Counted from the first letter of the stretch, positions 46,711 through 56,875 are shown. The stretch: 64,000 bases of DNA from an uncultured Solirubrobacterales bacterium (GCA_963767295.1 CAVYDI010000001.1:47820-111819); one strand, 5' to 3'. The notes: generated by a model from the letters alone, not told the origin. A program made the numbers and translations.

Positions 46711-47625
46711 TCAGTGGTGGTGGCTGGCGGGCTTTGTTACGTAGCGGGTGAACCCGTCGCTGTTCTGCCCGTAGGTAGCGTAGATGCCTTGTAGCTTCGG
46801 AGTCGACACGTACGTCAGGCCGCCATCGTCGAGGGACGGGTGGGGAAAGGTGCGGTTGGACAGCCACTTGCCGGTCTTAATGTCATAGCGGTAAAAGTGA
46901 TCCTCGCTGTACGAGCCGTAGGCATAGAAGATGCCCGCTACGGGGTCGATCGCTGCCCCCAGCACAGCCTCGGCGGGCAGCTTGGGTAGCTGCTTCCACT
47001 TATTGGTCGCGATGTCATAGGCGGCCAACCTTGAATCGCAGCTGCAATCTCCCTGTTGGCCGTAGACCTTGCCCTTATAGGGCGCGAGGCCAGCCCACCG
47101 GTCAAACGAGAACGGAGGCACCTTCAGGGTGTGCGTGGTGTGCGTGGCAGGGTTGAAGGAAATGAAAGTGAACCCATTGACCAGGTACAGCAGGCCGCCG
47201 ACCGCGGTGATGTCGCCCGTACCTAGCCCCAGGGGGTTGGCGATCGTCTTCCACTTGCCAGTGGCGACGTTGTACATCCCCATCTGCGAAGCGTTCTCGG
47301 TGTACACGGTGTAGATCTTGCCCTTGAGGTACGCGGCGCCGCCGTTGTTGCCCTGGTTGAGGGGCGCAGACGCCAGCGTCTTCCACCTATTGGTGCGCGG
47401 GTTGTAGCGGTAGAAGCCGGTGCCCGAGTACTGCTGGGCGTAGATCAGGTTGGTGGTCGGATCGACGACCACATTGTTGACGGGATTCGGCGTCGAGGCA
47501 CGCCTCTGAAACGCCCCGACCTTCGGGGACGCGGCCGCGGGAGTCGCCACCGCCAACGAAAACGCGCAGGCAGCCACGACAGCCCACCCCAAAGCTCGGC
47601 CCATCAGCGCACCTATGCGTACCAT
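46711..47625 (-). CDS. Secreted Kelch-like beta-propeller protein
   Basis: Signal peptide; YNP.TN.WKTLA, YN.ATGKWK and YDI.TNKWK.L repeats. Confidence 0.75.
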   Translation of the reverse strand: MVRIGALMGRALGWAVVAACAFSLAVATPAAASPKVGAFQRRASTPNPVNNVVVDPTTNLIYAQQYSGTGFYRYNPRTNRWKTLASAPLNQGNNGGAAYLKGKIYTVYTENASQMGMYNVATGKWKTIANPLGLGTGDITAVGGLLYLVNGFTFISFNPATHTTHTLKVPPFSFDRWAGLAPYKGKVYGQQGDCSCDSRLAAYDIATNKWKQLPKLPAEAVLGAAIDPVAGIFYAYGSYSEDHFYRYDIKTGKWLSNRTFPHPSLDDGGLTYVSTPKLQGIYATYGQNSDGFTRYVTKPASHHH

Positions 47626-47791
47626 TCCACGCTCCCTCTCCGGTTTCGGATTCCGATCGATCCTTGCAAGCCCGCGCGCATTGAACCGAGGCGCCGCGCG
47701 CATGTCAAGGCCGCCCGGCCGCGCTCCCCGGGAGGGAAGATTTGCCCAACCTCTCCACCTGCCCGCGCGTCAAGGCAACACCGCCCGCCCC

Positions 47792-48949
47792 CTACCCCGC
47801 GCACGCCCCCGTCCCCACCGCAAACGAGCGCGACTCGGCCACGCGCAGCTGCGCCCGCACCAGCGAGTTGGGCACCGCGAAGCCCCCGTGGCGATTGGCC
47901 GACGCGATCGCCGCGAACACCGTCGCCAGCACCTTCCCGGAGGCGGAGATCACCGGCCCACCCGAGTTACCGGGCCGCACGAGCCCCCGCAGCTGCGTGA
48001 CCAGCCGCAGAATCGGCCCCTGGCCGTAGGCGTTATCGGTCTCGACATTCAACGTCTGCCCCACCCGCGCCGGCTGGGCGTTGAATGGGCCGTCCTCGGG
48101 ATAGCCGAGGATCGCACCGGACGCGCCGCTCGGCGCCGACCCGGCAATCGACAAGGGCCGCAGCCCCAGCCCCGGTACACGCAGAACAGCGATGTCGTTG
48201 CGCGGGTCGAAGTCGACTGTCGAGGCCGGCAGCCCCGGAGCGACCCCGTGGATCTGTACGCGCGTGTCGCTCTCGCCCGCGACCACGTGTGCATTGGTGA
48301 CCACGAGCCCGGGCGCGGCCACCCACCCCGAGCCCTCGATCCCGAGCCCGCACGCCGTGCCCACCACCCGCACCACAGAGGACCCCGCCCCCCGAACCCC
48401 CGGCGTCGCCAGCACGCCGCGAGTGGGCGGCGCCACCGAGGCCGCCGGGCCGTTCACCGACGGCAGCGGGTCAAAGTGCGACAGCGCGTTGAGCAGTGCT
48501 CCCGACGGCGGCAGCAGCTCGTTCAGGTGGCTCAGAATCACCGACGACTGGATGTTCTGGCGCAGCGTCGCCGAGTTGGTCGACTGCACCACCACCGCGC
48601 CCACGATCCACGCGATCCCGAGTCCGACACACGCGGTCAAGATCGCCCCCAGCAGCCCATCGACAGTCTGCAAACCGGGCAACCGCAGCCTGCGGCGCGC
48701 CCGCAACCCGATGCCCTCGAGCCCCGTCGCCATCACGCCGCCGGCCAGCAGCGCGCCCAGCAGACCGAACAGCGGGGCGTACTGCGAGTGCGACCCCTGA
48801 GGCAACAGCAGCGGTCCCACACGCGTGCCGATGAACGCGCCCAGCGCGAACCCCAGCAGCGACAGCGCGCCGACGATGAAGCCCTGCAAAAAGCCGTACA
48901 AGGCGAGCAGGACGCAAAAGGCGACGATCAGCCAGTCGATCGTGGTCAC
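47792..48949 (-). CDS. MarP-family serine protease (CvpA-like TM region plus trypsin domain)
   Basis: VVTNAHVVAG, NDIAVL and GNSGGP catalytic triad motifs; N-terminal TM helices. Confidence 0.92.
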   Translation of the reverse strand: MTTIDWLIVAFCVLLALYGFLQGFIVGALSLLGFALGAFIGTRVGPLLLPQGSHSQYAPLFGLLGALLAGGVMATGLEGIGLRARRRLRLPGLQTVDGLLGAILTACVGLGIAWIVGAVVVQSTNSATLRQNIQSSVILSHLNELLPPSGALLNALSHFDPLPSVNGPAASVAPPTRGVLATPGVRGAGSSVVRVVGTACGLGIEGSGWVAAPGLVVTNAHVVAGESDTRVQIHGVAPGLPASTVDFDPRNDIAVLRVPGLGLRPLSIAGSAPSGASGAILGYPEDGPFNAQPARVGQTLNVETDNAYGQGPILRLVTQLRGLVRPGNSGGPVISASGKVLATVFAAIASANRHGGFAVPNSLVRAQLRVAESRSFAVGTGACAG

Positions 48950-49005
48950 GGGATCGTGAGGCTACTGGCGGCCGCTGAGCGGCAGCTCAGGACACCTCAA
49001 AAGTC

Positions 49006-49584
49006 CTACAGGTCCAGGGAAATCGTGGCCCAGACCTTGAGCCCGGAGGGCGAGCGGATCTGGAGCGTGAGCGGGCGGTTGTCGAAGATCGAGTTTTTCC
49101 CGACCGCCGGCAGCTTGAACAGCAGCAGCCCGCCGCCGGGGGAGCCCAATCCGGCGGTGGTGTTCGGGTTGGGCTCGGTCATGCCAGGCGCGAGCGACTG
49201 CGAGGTCCAGGCATACGGGTTTATCGCCGGGTCGAGCTTGACCGGCTTGTAGACGTTTCCCTGGGTGTCGACGATGTCGAAGTTGTCGGTCGTGGCGATC
49301 GGCTTGTTGGTCGTGTTCTGCGCCCACATGAACACGCCAAACCACATCTGGGTCGTGGACAGCGTCGAATCGCTCTTGGTGAGCCCCCTGACATAGCCCG
49401 AATCCTCGGGCGTGTACTGGTTGAGCTGGCGCGACACCTGTAGCTGGTAGTCGATCGGCCCCGCCGCGACGTAGCTGCCGATGTTGTTGGCATCGGCGAA
49501 GTTCTTGGTCTTCGCGCCGCAGCCCGCAGCCAGGGCAGCGGCGAGGGCCAGGCAAGCGGCGGTCAGGGCGCGGCGGACTCTCAC
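49006..49584 (-). CDS. Lipoprotein, DUF4352-like
   Basis: Lipobox LAAGC; F.IVDTQGNVY.P pattern. Confidence 0.7.
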   Translation of the reverse strand: MRVRRALTAACLALAAALAAGCGAKTKNFADANNIGSYVAAGPIDYQLQVSRQLNQYTPEDSGYVRGLTKSDSTLSTTQMWFGVFMWAQNTTNKPIATTDNFDIVDTQGNVYKPVKLDPAINPYAWTSQSLAPGMTEPNPNTTAGLGSPGGGLLLFKLPAVGKNSIFDNRPLTLQIRSPSGLKVWATISLDL

Positions 49585-49594
49585 GCAGCAGATC

Positions 49595-50092
49595 TTAATT
49601 GCGCGCGGCCACAGTCGGGCGCCGACCCCGTCCGCGGTCCTCCTCGAGGATCGTCCGCAGGCGCCGCAGCGCCTTGGCGGCCTGGCGCTTCATCCACGAA
49701 CGGCCCCCGAACATCTCCATCAGTCGATCCGACGGCATCACGGGAACGCTCTCATACATGTACTCGACCACGGTCGAGTCGCTCGGTCCAGGCGAGAGCG
49801 TGTAGGTGCCGAGACTGCGGATGCGGTTGTACTTGCCGTAGCGCCCGTGTTCGACGATGCGGAACGGCGCTTGTACCTCGGCGAAGGTCGCATCCGCCCA
49901 CGAGAAACGGCTCAGCGGCGCCTTGACGCGAAAGCGCGCGCCGGCGCCGCGGCCGTAGGAATCCTCACGCGTCAGATGCCATTCGACCAGGTAGTGGTCG
50001 GTGAACTCGGCGTGGTTGGCGATGTCCGCGAGATACTCGAACACCTCCTCGCGCGGGCGCGAGATCGTCGCCGAGACTCTGACCGGGTCCAC
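49595..50092 (-). CDS. SRPBCC (START-like) protein
   Basis: V.VSATISRPREEVFEYLAD..NH.E; G.GARF. Confidence 0.85.
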   Translation of the reverse strand: MDPVRVSATISRPREEVFEYLADIANHAEFTDHYLVEWHLTREDSYGRGAGARFRVKAPLSRFSWADATFAEVQAPFRIVEHGRYGKYNRIRSLGTYTLSPGPSDSTVVEYMYESVPVMPSDRLMEMFGGRSWMKRQAAKALRRLRTILEEDRGRGRRPTVAARN

Positions 50093-50111
50093 GCCGCGGC
50101 AGTCTAAACCG

Positions 50112-51563
50112 CTAATGCTTCATTGCTTGCTCGTAAGCCCCGATGTCGCAGTGGTGCCCTTGCGGGCGAGAGATGCCCCGCTGATCGGTGGACGGGCAGG
50201 CCTCGTCGCTGCCCGCATTGATCGCTGGGCTGCCCCCCAGCAGGCGGAGCGTTTTGGTCGGGCCGCCGTTGTCGGCGAGCGGGCCGAGCTTGGGGTTGGT
50301 GTTCTGCAGGTCACCGCTGGCGTTGTTGAAGCCGCACGATGTGTGGCGCTCCAGATTGTGGCCGGAGCTCGGGACGTTCCCTTCGCAGTCGGGGCCGTTC
50401 ACTGCGTTGTTGAGCGCGATGATCGTGTTGACAAAGGTGCCGCTTGATGTTCCGCTCGGCTCGAAGACCACCCCGCCGCCGATCCCGATCGAGCCGCCCG
50501 CCGTGTTGTGGGCGATGGTGAGGTTCGTGAAGTTCAACGCCGCGGAGCCGTGGTTCATGATTGGCTCAAGTGCGAGTCCGCCTCCCACTCCCGTGGCAGT
50601 CGAGTTGCCCGCACGGTTACTCGCGAAGGTGTCATTCACCATCCTCACAGACAGGCTGGCGGTCGTGTTGCTGATTGGCGCATAGTCCAGGACGCCCCCA
50701 ACTCCCTGGGACGTGCCGCCGTCCGCGACGTTTCCTGAGAACGTGTCTCTTGTCAGCTTGAGCGGCAGCCGCGGCGAGCCCGTGCTGATGATCGGGTCGT
50801 AAAGGATCGCGCCTCCAGCCACGTCGCTTCCGAGCACTCGGTTGTTAGAGACGGTGGTGGTGGTGATCGAGACCGCGGTGCCATCGGGGGGATCGATCGG
50901 CGCGAAGAACAGCGCGCCGCCGAAGCCTCGGCGCTGGGCAACATTACCCGTGATCGAGCTCTTCGAGATCTCGACCGAGCCACTGTCCGCGATACCCGCG
51001 CCCAATCCCTCCGCGCTCCGCCCCGAGGTCTTGTTGTCGGAGATCTCGCTCTGCGTGATCGTCAGCGTGCCGGAGTTCTCGATGCCGCCGCCTTCGGCCG
51101 TGTTTGACCCGGCAGCGAGGTTTCGTGTCACGGCGACGTGGCGCAGCGTAAGGTCACCGGCATTGAGGATCCCGCCGCCATCTGTCGCCTTGCCGCGGGT
51201 GATCGTGAGGCCCGCGATCGTAATCGATGCCGATGAGCTTGTGACGTCGATGACGCGGCTCTTGGACCCGGCGCTCAGAATGGTTTTGCCGGGCCCCGCC
51301 CCCTCGACGCTGACAGACGGGTTGATGACGAGCTGGCTCTTCAACTGATAGTTCCCGGCGGGCACGAGGATCGTGTCCCCGTCGTGGGCCCGCCCCAAAG
51401 CCCATCGCAGCGAACCGTGCCCCGCGTTGTGCTGGTTCGTGACCTTGATCGTGGCCGCGGCGGCGGCGCCCGGGAGGCCGGCGACAATTAGGCTCGCGAG
51501 CGCCGCGGCGCCCACGGCGACCGAGCGCCTCGCAGAAAAGAAGGTCGCGTACGTCCCTCGCAC
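50112..51563 (-). CDS. Secreted beta-helix protein with choice-of-anchor Q-like C-terminus
   Basis: GSLR.AL, repeated GGGI.N, C-terminal LGPLADNGGPT.T..LL.GSPAINAG and DQRG..RP..CDIGAYE; start uncertain. Confidence 0.8.
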   Translation of the reverse strand: MRGTYATFFSARRSVAVGAAALASLIVAGLPGAAAAATIKVTNQHNAGHGSLRWALGRAHDGDTILVPAGNYQLKSQLVINPSVSVEGAGPGKTILSAGSKSRVIDVTSSSASITIAGLTITRGKATDGGGILNAGDLTLRHVAVTRNLAAGSNTAEGGGIENSGTLTITQSEISDNKTSGRSAEGLGAGIADSGSVEISKSSITGNVAQRRGFGGALFFAPIDPPDGTAVSITTTTVSNNRVLGSDVAGGAILYDPIISTGSPRLPLKLTRDTFSGNVADGGTSQGVGGVLDYAPISNTTASLSVRMVNDTFASNRAGNSTATGVGGGLALEPIMNHGSAALNFTNLTIAHNTAGGSIGIGGGVVFEPSGTSSGTFVNTIIALNNAVNGPDCEGNVPSSGHNLERHTSCGFNNASGDLQNTNPKLGPLADNGGPTKTLRLLGGSPAINAGSDEACPSTDQRGISRPQGHHCDIGAYEQAMKH

Positions 51564-51596
51564 CCCAAGTGGAGTGTAGCGCGGCGTAGGTAGGTT

Positions 51597-51790
51597 GTGA
51601 ACCTTACAAGCGATCAGACGCCGGGCGAAGCGCAGGCCGATCAGGTCATTGAGCTCTTCACCCTGGCCTTCTTCGAGGACCCAACCCGGAGCTGGGCGTT
51701 TCCCGATCCGACCAAGCGCATGGACAATTACCGGCGCTGGTCGCGACTGTTCGTGCACAGTGCGCTCGGATACGGGCCGACGCTGGCCTG
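51597..51790 (+). pseudogene. Possible N-terminal fragment of a GNAT acetyltransferase
   Basis: LAFFEDP..SWAFPDP..R resembles puromycin N-acetyltransferase-like GNAT N-termini; no acetyl-CoA motif follows. Confidence 0.4.
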
Positions 51791-51810
51791 CATGTGGCGC
51801 GAGCGCAGGT

Positions 51811-52077
51811 CTAAGCCGCGTCGCGCTGATCGACGATTCTGATCGTGTGGCCGAACTCGGGGCCGTGCACGAGGCGCGAGTCCACGGGCGGGTCGTGCTC
51901 GAACGAAACGCACAGCTCACACACGATCCGCCCGTCGCAGTCGTAGACCCGCTCGCCCGCGAGCACCGTGCGCTGGCAGCGCGAGCAGCGATCGCAGTTG
52001 GCGGCAAATGCGTCGCTCGAGCGGCGCAGCAGCGCCAGCTGAAGCTCGGTCGTCTGGATGGAATCGGGGTCGTCCAT
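51811..52077 (-). CDS. Small zinc-finger-like hypothetical protein
   Basis: C..C.R..L.GERVY....VC.LC. Confidence 0.65.
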   Translation of the reverse strand: MDDPDSIQTTELQLALLRRSSDAFAANCDRCSRCQRTVLAGERVYDCDGRIVCELCVSFEHDPPVDSRLVHGPEFGHTIRIVDQRDAA

Positions 52078-52251
52078 GACTTCCAGTTCGGCGATACCCG
52101 TGCGAGCTCCTGCTTATGTGCTCTCACACCATCTTTACGGGAGCTTTGACACAGACGTTAGGATCATGTTTACGAGCAGGCTCGGTTTCTGGTCGCCCCG
52201 TCCAATCCAGAGGCAGATGCCTCGCCGTCCCGTACAACAAGGAGAAGCCCC

Positions 52252-52833
52252 ATGAAAGCGTGGATGTCGGGCAACGTGGCGGGGACCGGCACGTTCCGTT
52301 GCACCGAGTGTGACTACGCCCTTTCGTTGGATGCCGTCGATGAGCTGCCTCCATGTCCGAACTGCGGGGGCAAGGAGTTTGTGAGAGCGTCGCTATTCAC
52401 CACGGCGCAGGCGACGGTCGTCGAAGTGCCGGTCGGAATCGAGGATCAGGTCTGGCTCGAGGAGCTGCGCTCGAACCTGGAAGACCCCGGCCAGTACCTC
52501 GCCTACCGCTCGCCGAGCGGCGAAGTGCGCGCCTACGCGCTCGAGCGCGAGTGGACCCGCATCGGGCGCAGCCTGGCCGCCGACGTGCGCTTCGACGACC
52601 CGACCGTGTCCCGCCGGCACGCGCTCATTGTGCGCCAGCCAGATGGCCTGCGCGTACTCGATGACCGCAGCCTCAACGGCGTGTTCGTCAACGGCGAGCG
52701 GGTCGAGTGGTCGACGCTCGCCGACAACGACGAGATCGTGATCGGCCGCCACCATCTGCACTTCATCGACATCCCGGTGGTGTCTGGGATGCGCTACGCC
52801 TCGGCGGCCGAAGAAGAGCGCCAACCCGCCTAG
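52252..52833 (+). CDS. FHA-domain protein with N-terminal zinc ribbon
   Basis: C..C...CPNCG; IGR, D.TVSRRHA, SLNGVFVNG FHA motifs; AGGAG RBS. Confidence 0.92.
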   Translation: MKAWMSGNVAGTGTFRCTECDYALSLDAVDELPPCPNCGGKEFVRASLFTTAQATVVEVPVGIEDQVWLEELRSNLEDPGQYLAYRSPSGEVRAYALEREWTRIGRSLAADVRFDDPTVSRRHALIVRQPDGLRVLDDRSLNGVFVNGERVEWSTLADNDEIVIGRHHLHFIDIPVVSGMRYASAAEEERQPA

Positions 52834-52846
52834 TTCAAATATCGTC

Positions 52847-52918
52847 CCGGGCCGCGCATGCGCGGCCCGGCCCGTCGGCACATGTGCCGACGGGGGCCGG
52901 CGCACATGTGCGCCGGCC
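52847..52918. repeat. Second array of three abutting perfect 24-bp palindromes
   Basis: ccgggccgcgcatgcgcggcccgg | cccgtcggcacatgtgccgacggg | ggccggcgcacatgtgcgccggcc. Confidence 0.95.
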
Positions 52919-52948
52919 ATCCCCAATTTCTTATAGTCACCACCCTCG

Positions 52949-53743
52949 ATGGCGCACACAATCGCGGTTCTCTCTCAGAAGGGCGGCACGGGCAAGACCA
53001 CCGCGGTGCGAACGATCGCCGACGTGCTGCGACGCATCGACGTGGCCGTGCTGGCGGTCGATCTCGACCCACAGGGCAACCTCTCGGACTACTTCGACAT
53101 CGCCCCCGAGGCATCGCCAACGGTCGGCGACGTGCTGACGGGCCGCGCGGACGCGGCCGATGCCGTCCACGGCAACCTCATCCCCGCCAACCTGAATCTC
53201 GCCGAGGCGGAGCTGGCGCTCTCGGGCCGCATGGGCCGCGAGCTGTCGCTCAAGCGCGCGCTGCGCGAGGTCAAGAGCAGCTACGAGGTGGTGTTGATCG
53301 ACTGCCCACCGTCGCTCGGGCTGCTGACCGTCAACGCGCTGGTGGCCGCCGACTACGCGCTGCTCTCGGCCGAGGCGCAGTACTTCGCGCTGCAGGGGGT
53401 CGAGCAGGCGCTGCAGGTGGTCGAGCTCGCGCGCGAGAGCCTCAACCCCGAGCTCGAGTGGCTCGGCGTGCTGCTCAACATCGCCGACATGCGCACCCGC
53501 CACTCACGCGACGCCTTCGAGTCCCTGCGCAAGCACTACGGCGAGAAGCTGCTCGACACCACGATCCGGGCCTCGATCGCCTACGCCGAGTCGGCCGAGC
53601 GGGCGCTCTCGATCCTCGACTACCGCCCCGATCTCGCGGTCGACTACCTCAACGTGACCGACGAGCTGCTGCGCAGGCTGGGCATGAGCGAGGCCCGCAG
53701 CCGCCTCGGGGCCCTGGTCGGCGGTACCCGCGCGTCGGTCTAG
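52949..53743 (+). CDS. ParA/Soj family ATPase
   Basis: QKGGTGKTT deviant Walker A, DLDPQGN, IDCPPSLGLLT.NAL. Confidence 0.93.
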   Translation: MAHTIAVLSQKGGTGKTTAVRTIADVLRRIDVAVLAVDLDPQGNLSDYFDIAPEASPTVGDVLTGRADAADAVHGNLIPANLNLAEAELALSGRMGRELSLKRALREVKSSYEVVLIDCPPSLGLLTVNALVAADYALLSAEAQYFALQGVEQALQVVELARESLNPELEWLGVLLNIADMRTRHSRDAFESLRKHYGEKLLDTTIRASIAYAESAERALSILDYRPDLAVDYLNVTDELLRRLGMSEARSRLGALVGGTRASV

Positions 53744-53811
53744 GCGCGAGCCCATCCCTCTCTCGCGAGTGGGACGGATCGAGCGCTGGTAGGTAGGCAG
53801 CTGATCGCTAT

Positions 53812-55035
53812 ATGATGCGGCGCCCGGGGGCCATGTCGATCACTCGCTCGTTCAGATACTCGCCCGCGCTCGGCGTGCTCGCCGGATGCCTGATCGCGGT
53901 TTCGGCCGCGCTCGCTCTTCCAATCTGGACCGTTCAGCGCACTCCGAATCGTGGAGGGTCCGGCTACACCAACGACCTCTTCGGCGTGGCCGCCACGTCG
54001 AACGACAACGCTTGGGCCGTGGGTGACTACATAAAGGGCGCCGTGCTCGGGCCGATTAAGAAAGCTGGGGCGACGAAAAACCATCCGTGGCGTCCGGTGA
54101 TCGAGCACTTCAACGGCAAGCACTGGAGCATCGCGCAAAGCCCCACTCCCGCTGGCGGCTATCTGCAGGGCGTCGCCACCACATCATCGAAGAACGCTTG
54201 GGCGGTGGGCTGGACCAAGAAAGGCAGCAAGCAGGTGTACCGCACCCGGATCGAGCGCTGGGACGGCACGGCCTGGAAGACTGAGGCGAGCCCCAACCCG
54301 GGCACCGGCAACGACGACGAGTTGTACGGCGTGAGCGCCAGCTCGTCCAACGTCGCCTGGGCGGTCGGCGCGTACAAGAAAGGCGCCGCGTACCGGACGC
54401 TGGTCGAGCAGTGGAACGGCAAAACCTGGAAGGCCCGCCCGAGCGCAAACGCCAGTGGGGCCACCGATAACTACCTCCAGGCTGTGGCCGCTACCTCCTC
54501 TGACAACGCCTGGGCAGTGGGCGATTCCAGCAGTGGGACCACGACACAGACCCTAATCGAGCACTGGAACGGCAAAGCCTGGAAGGTCCAGCCGAGCCCG
54601 AACCCCAGCGGCTCGTCCAACAACTTTTTCGACGGCGTGGTCGCCACCTCCCCCAAGAACGCCTGGGCGGTTGGCTTCTACGAAAACGGCGTGCTACGGG
54701 ACCAGACCCTGGTCGAGCACTGGAACGGTAAGAGCTGGAAGATCGTGCCAAGTGTCGATCCTGGGGGCTCGAGCACCGACAACCTTCTACTGGGGGTCGC
54801 CGCCACCTCGCGTAAGAACGCCTGGGCGGTGGGCTGGTACTTCGACGGCACCCAGGCCCGGACGATCGTCGAGCACTGGACCGGCACGGGCTGGTACATC
54901 CAACCGAGCGCCGACCCGGGCACCAAAGGAGACGCTCTCTACGGCGTCACCGCCGCCTCCGCGAACAGCGCTTTGGCGGTAGGCGAGCGAGCCTCGAGCT
55001 TCATCCAGCGGACACTGGCCGAGCACGGGCCGTGA
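53812..55035 (+). CDS. Secreted tandem-repeat protein, paralogue of 1390..2619
   Basis: About 7 GVAATS..NAWAVG..TL.EHWNGK.W repeats; signal peptide. Confidence 0.8.
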   Translation: MMRRPGAMSITRSFRYSPALGVLAGCLIAVSAALALPIWTVQRTPNRGGSGYTNDLFGVAATSNDNAWAVGDYIKGAVLGPIKKAGATKNHPWRPVIEHFNGKHWSIAQSPTPAGGYLQGVATTSSKNAWAVGWTKKGSKQVYRTRIERWDGTAWKTEASPNPGTGNDDELYGVSASSSNVAWAVGAYKKGAAYRTLVEQWNGKTWKARPSANASGATDNYLQAVAATSSDNAWAVGDSSSGTTTQTLIEHWNGKAWKVQPSPNPSGSSNNFFDGVVATSPKNAWAVGFYENGVLRDQTLVEHWNGKSWKIVPSVDPGGSSTDNLLLGVAATSRKNAWAVGWYFDGTQARTIVEHWTGTGWYIQPSADPGTKGDALYGVTAASANSALAVGERASSFIQRTLAEHGP

Positions 55036-55048
55036 CCACTCGGGCGCA

Positions 55049-55828
55049 TCAGACCGAGCGCTGGTAGGTCCTGAACGCCCGCGTCGCGAACGCGAGGCAC
55101 ACCAGCAACAGCGCTGTCAAGAACCCTGCGCGCGAGGCGACGAGACCCCAGTCGGGGTGCGTCGAGACAGCTGCGCGGCCGGCGATCACGGCCCAGTTGA
55201 CGGGGTTGAAGTCCGCGACGTGCTGCATCCAGCGCGGGATCAGGTTTTGCTGCATGAAGGCCGAGGACAGAAACGTCAGCGGCAACAACAGGAACTGCAT
55301 GACCGCGATCAGGGTCTCCTCGCGGCGGGCGAGCAGCGCGAGACCGGCGGAGAGTGCCCCGAACGACATGCCCAGGATCACCGCCACGACTATCAGCACG
55401 ATCACGCCGCCCACGCCGCCGGGGAAGCTCGCCCCCACGATCAGCGCCAGGGCGACGATGATCAGCGACTGAATCGCGATCGTCAGGGCCGAGTTCACCA
55501 GCCGCCCGGAGATAAGCGCGCTGCGGCGCACGGGCGAGACCAGGAAGCGGTCGGTGACGCCGCGCTCGATGTCGTCGATCAGCGGCATCCCGCTCCAGCC
55601 TGAGGCAAAGAGGGCCGTCATCACGACCACGCCGGGCGCCAAGAACTCGATGTAGGAGCCGCCGTGAAAGCCGGGGATCTCCACCACCTTCTTGAACAGC
55701 GCGCCGTAGAGCAGCAGCCAGATCACGGGCTGCACGAGCGTGACCGCGATCCACCACGGCTGGCGCAGCAGCTCGCGCACATGGCGAATCGTCATGTAGA
55801 GGGTGTGACGGGCAAGGGTGACTGTCAT
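55049..55828 (-). CDS. ABC-2 type permease
   Basis: Y..FLAPG, DR.LVSPV.R..L..G, NPV.W; six TM segments. Confidence 0.92.
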   Translation of the reverse strand: MTVTLARHTLYMTIRHVRELLRQPWWIAVTLVQPVIWLLLYGALFKKVVEIPGFHGGSYIEFLAPGVVVMTALFASGWSGMPLIDDIERGVTDRFLVSPVRRSALISGRLVNSALTIAIQSLIIVALALIVGASFPGGVGGVIVLIVVAVILGMSFGALSAGLALLARREETLIAVMQFLLLPLTFLSSAFMQQNLIPRWMQHVADFNPVNWAVIAGRAAVSTHPDWGLVASRAGFLTALLLVCLAFATRAFRTYQRSV

Positions 55829-56875
55829 CGCTTGGCCTCCTCCTTGGACTGGGCCTCCTGTTCCGATTCGGCCTCCTGGAAAGTGCGGCCGGTGTAACGC
55901 AGATAGACGTCGTCGAGCGAGGGTCGGGCCACGCGCACGGCCGCGACGGCGATCCCGTGCGCCTCGAGCGCTTGCAGCACGGCCGGCACGGCGCGGCCGC
56001 CGTCCTCGGCGCGCGCCCTCAGGGCGCGGCCGTCGACCGCGACCTCACGCACGCCGACGATCTCGTTGAGCGCGTCGTGCACGGTGCCGTTGGTGACCAC
56101 TTCGACCAGCTCGACGTGGATCGCGTCGCCGCGTAGCTCGGACTTGAGCTCCTCCGGCGTCCCCTCGGCCACCACCTTGCCGCGGTCCACGATCGATAGG
56201 TGCGCGGCGAGCTGGTCGGCCTCCTCGAGGTAGTGGGTCGTGAGCAGCACTGTCTTGTCCTGGTTTGCCGCGAGCGCAGCGATCTGCTCCCACATGTCGG
56301 CTCGCACCTCGGGGTCGAGGCCGGTGGTGGGCTCGTCGAGGAACAGCACCTGGGGGTCGTGCACGAGCGCCATGGCGATGTCGAGCCGGCGGCGCATGCC
56401 GCCCGAGTACCCGCGCGCGATGCGGTCGGCGGCCTCTGCCAGCCCGAAGCGCTCGAGCAGTTGGCTGGCGCGCTCTTCGAGCGGGCGGCCGCGCATGCCG
56501 TAGAGCTGGCCCTGGAGGCGCAGGTTCTCGCGCCCCGTGGCCTGGATGTCGACGCCGGTGCCTTGGGAGACGACGCCGATCGTGCGACGAACCTTGTCGG
56601 GCTGCTCGACGACGTCAAGCGCCGCCACCGCGGCGCGACCCTCGTCGGGTTGGGTCAGGGTGGTGAGCACCTTGACCGCAGTCGACTTGCCGGCGCCGTT
56701 GGGACCGAGCAGGGCGAAGATGGTGCCGCGCCGTGCCTTGAAGCTGAGGCCGTCCAGCGCTCGCACGGCCTTCTCGCCCTTTGCCGTAGGTCTTGACCAG
56801 GCCCTCGGCCTCGATCATCACCTGCGACTCGGACGTGTCTGTCCTTCGGTTTTGAAGTTCTGTCTCCATGAGCAT
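55825..56875 (-). CDS. DrrA-family ABC ATP-binding protein, frameshift near 56778
   Basis: GPNGAGKS, YSGGM, LFLDEPT, TTHY; N-terminus IEAEGLVKTYG in ORF 56615..56875. Confidence 0.9.

Noticed and set aside
51564-52127. 671-aa extended form of the beta-helix protein
   Set aside because: The N-terminal extension is low-complexity, overlaps other credible ORFs and precedes the signal peptide.
52847-52918. parS sites for the adjacent ParA
   Set aside because: No match to the 16-bp parS consensus, no ParB nearby, and the same element occurs at a locus unrelated to parA.
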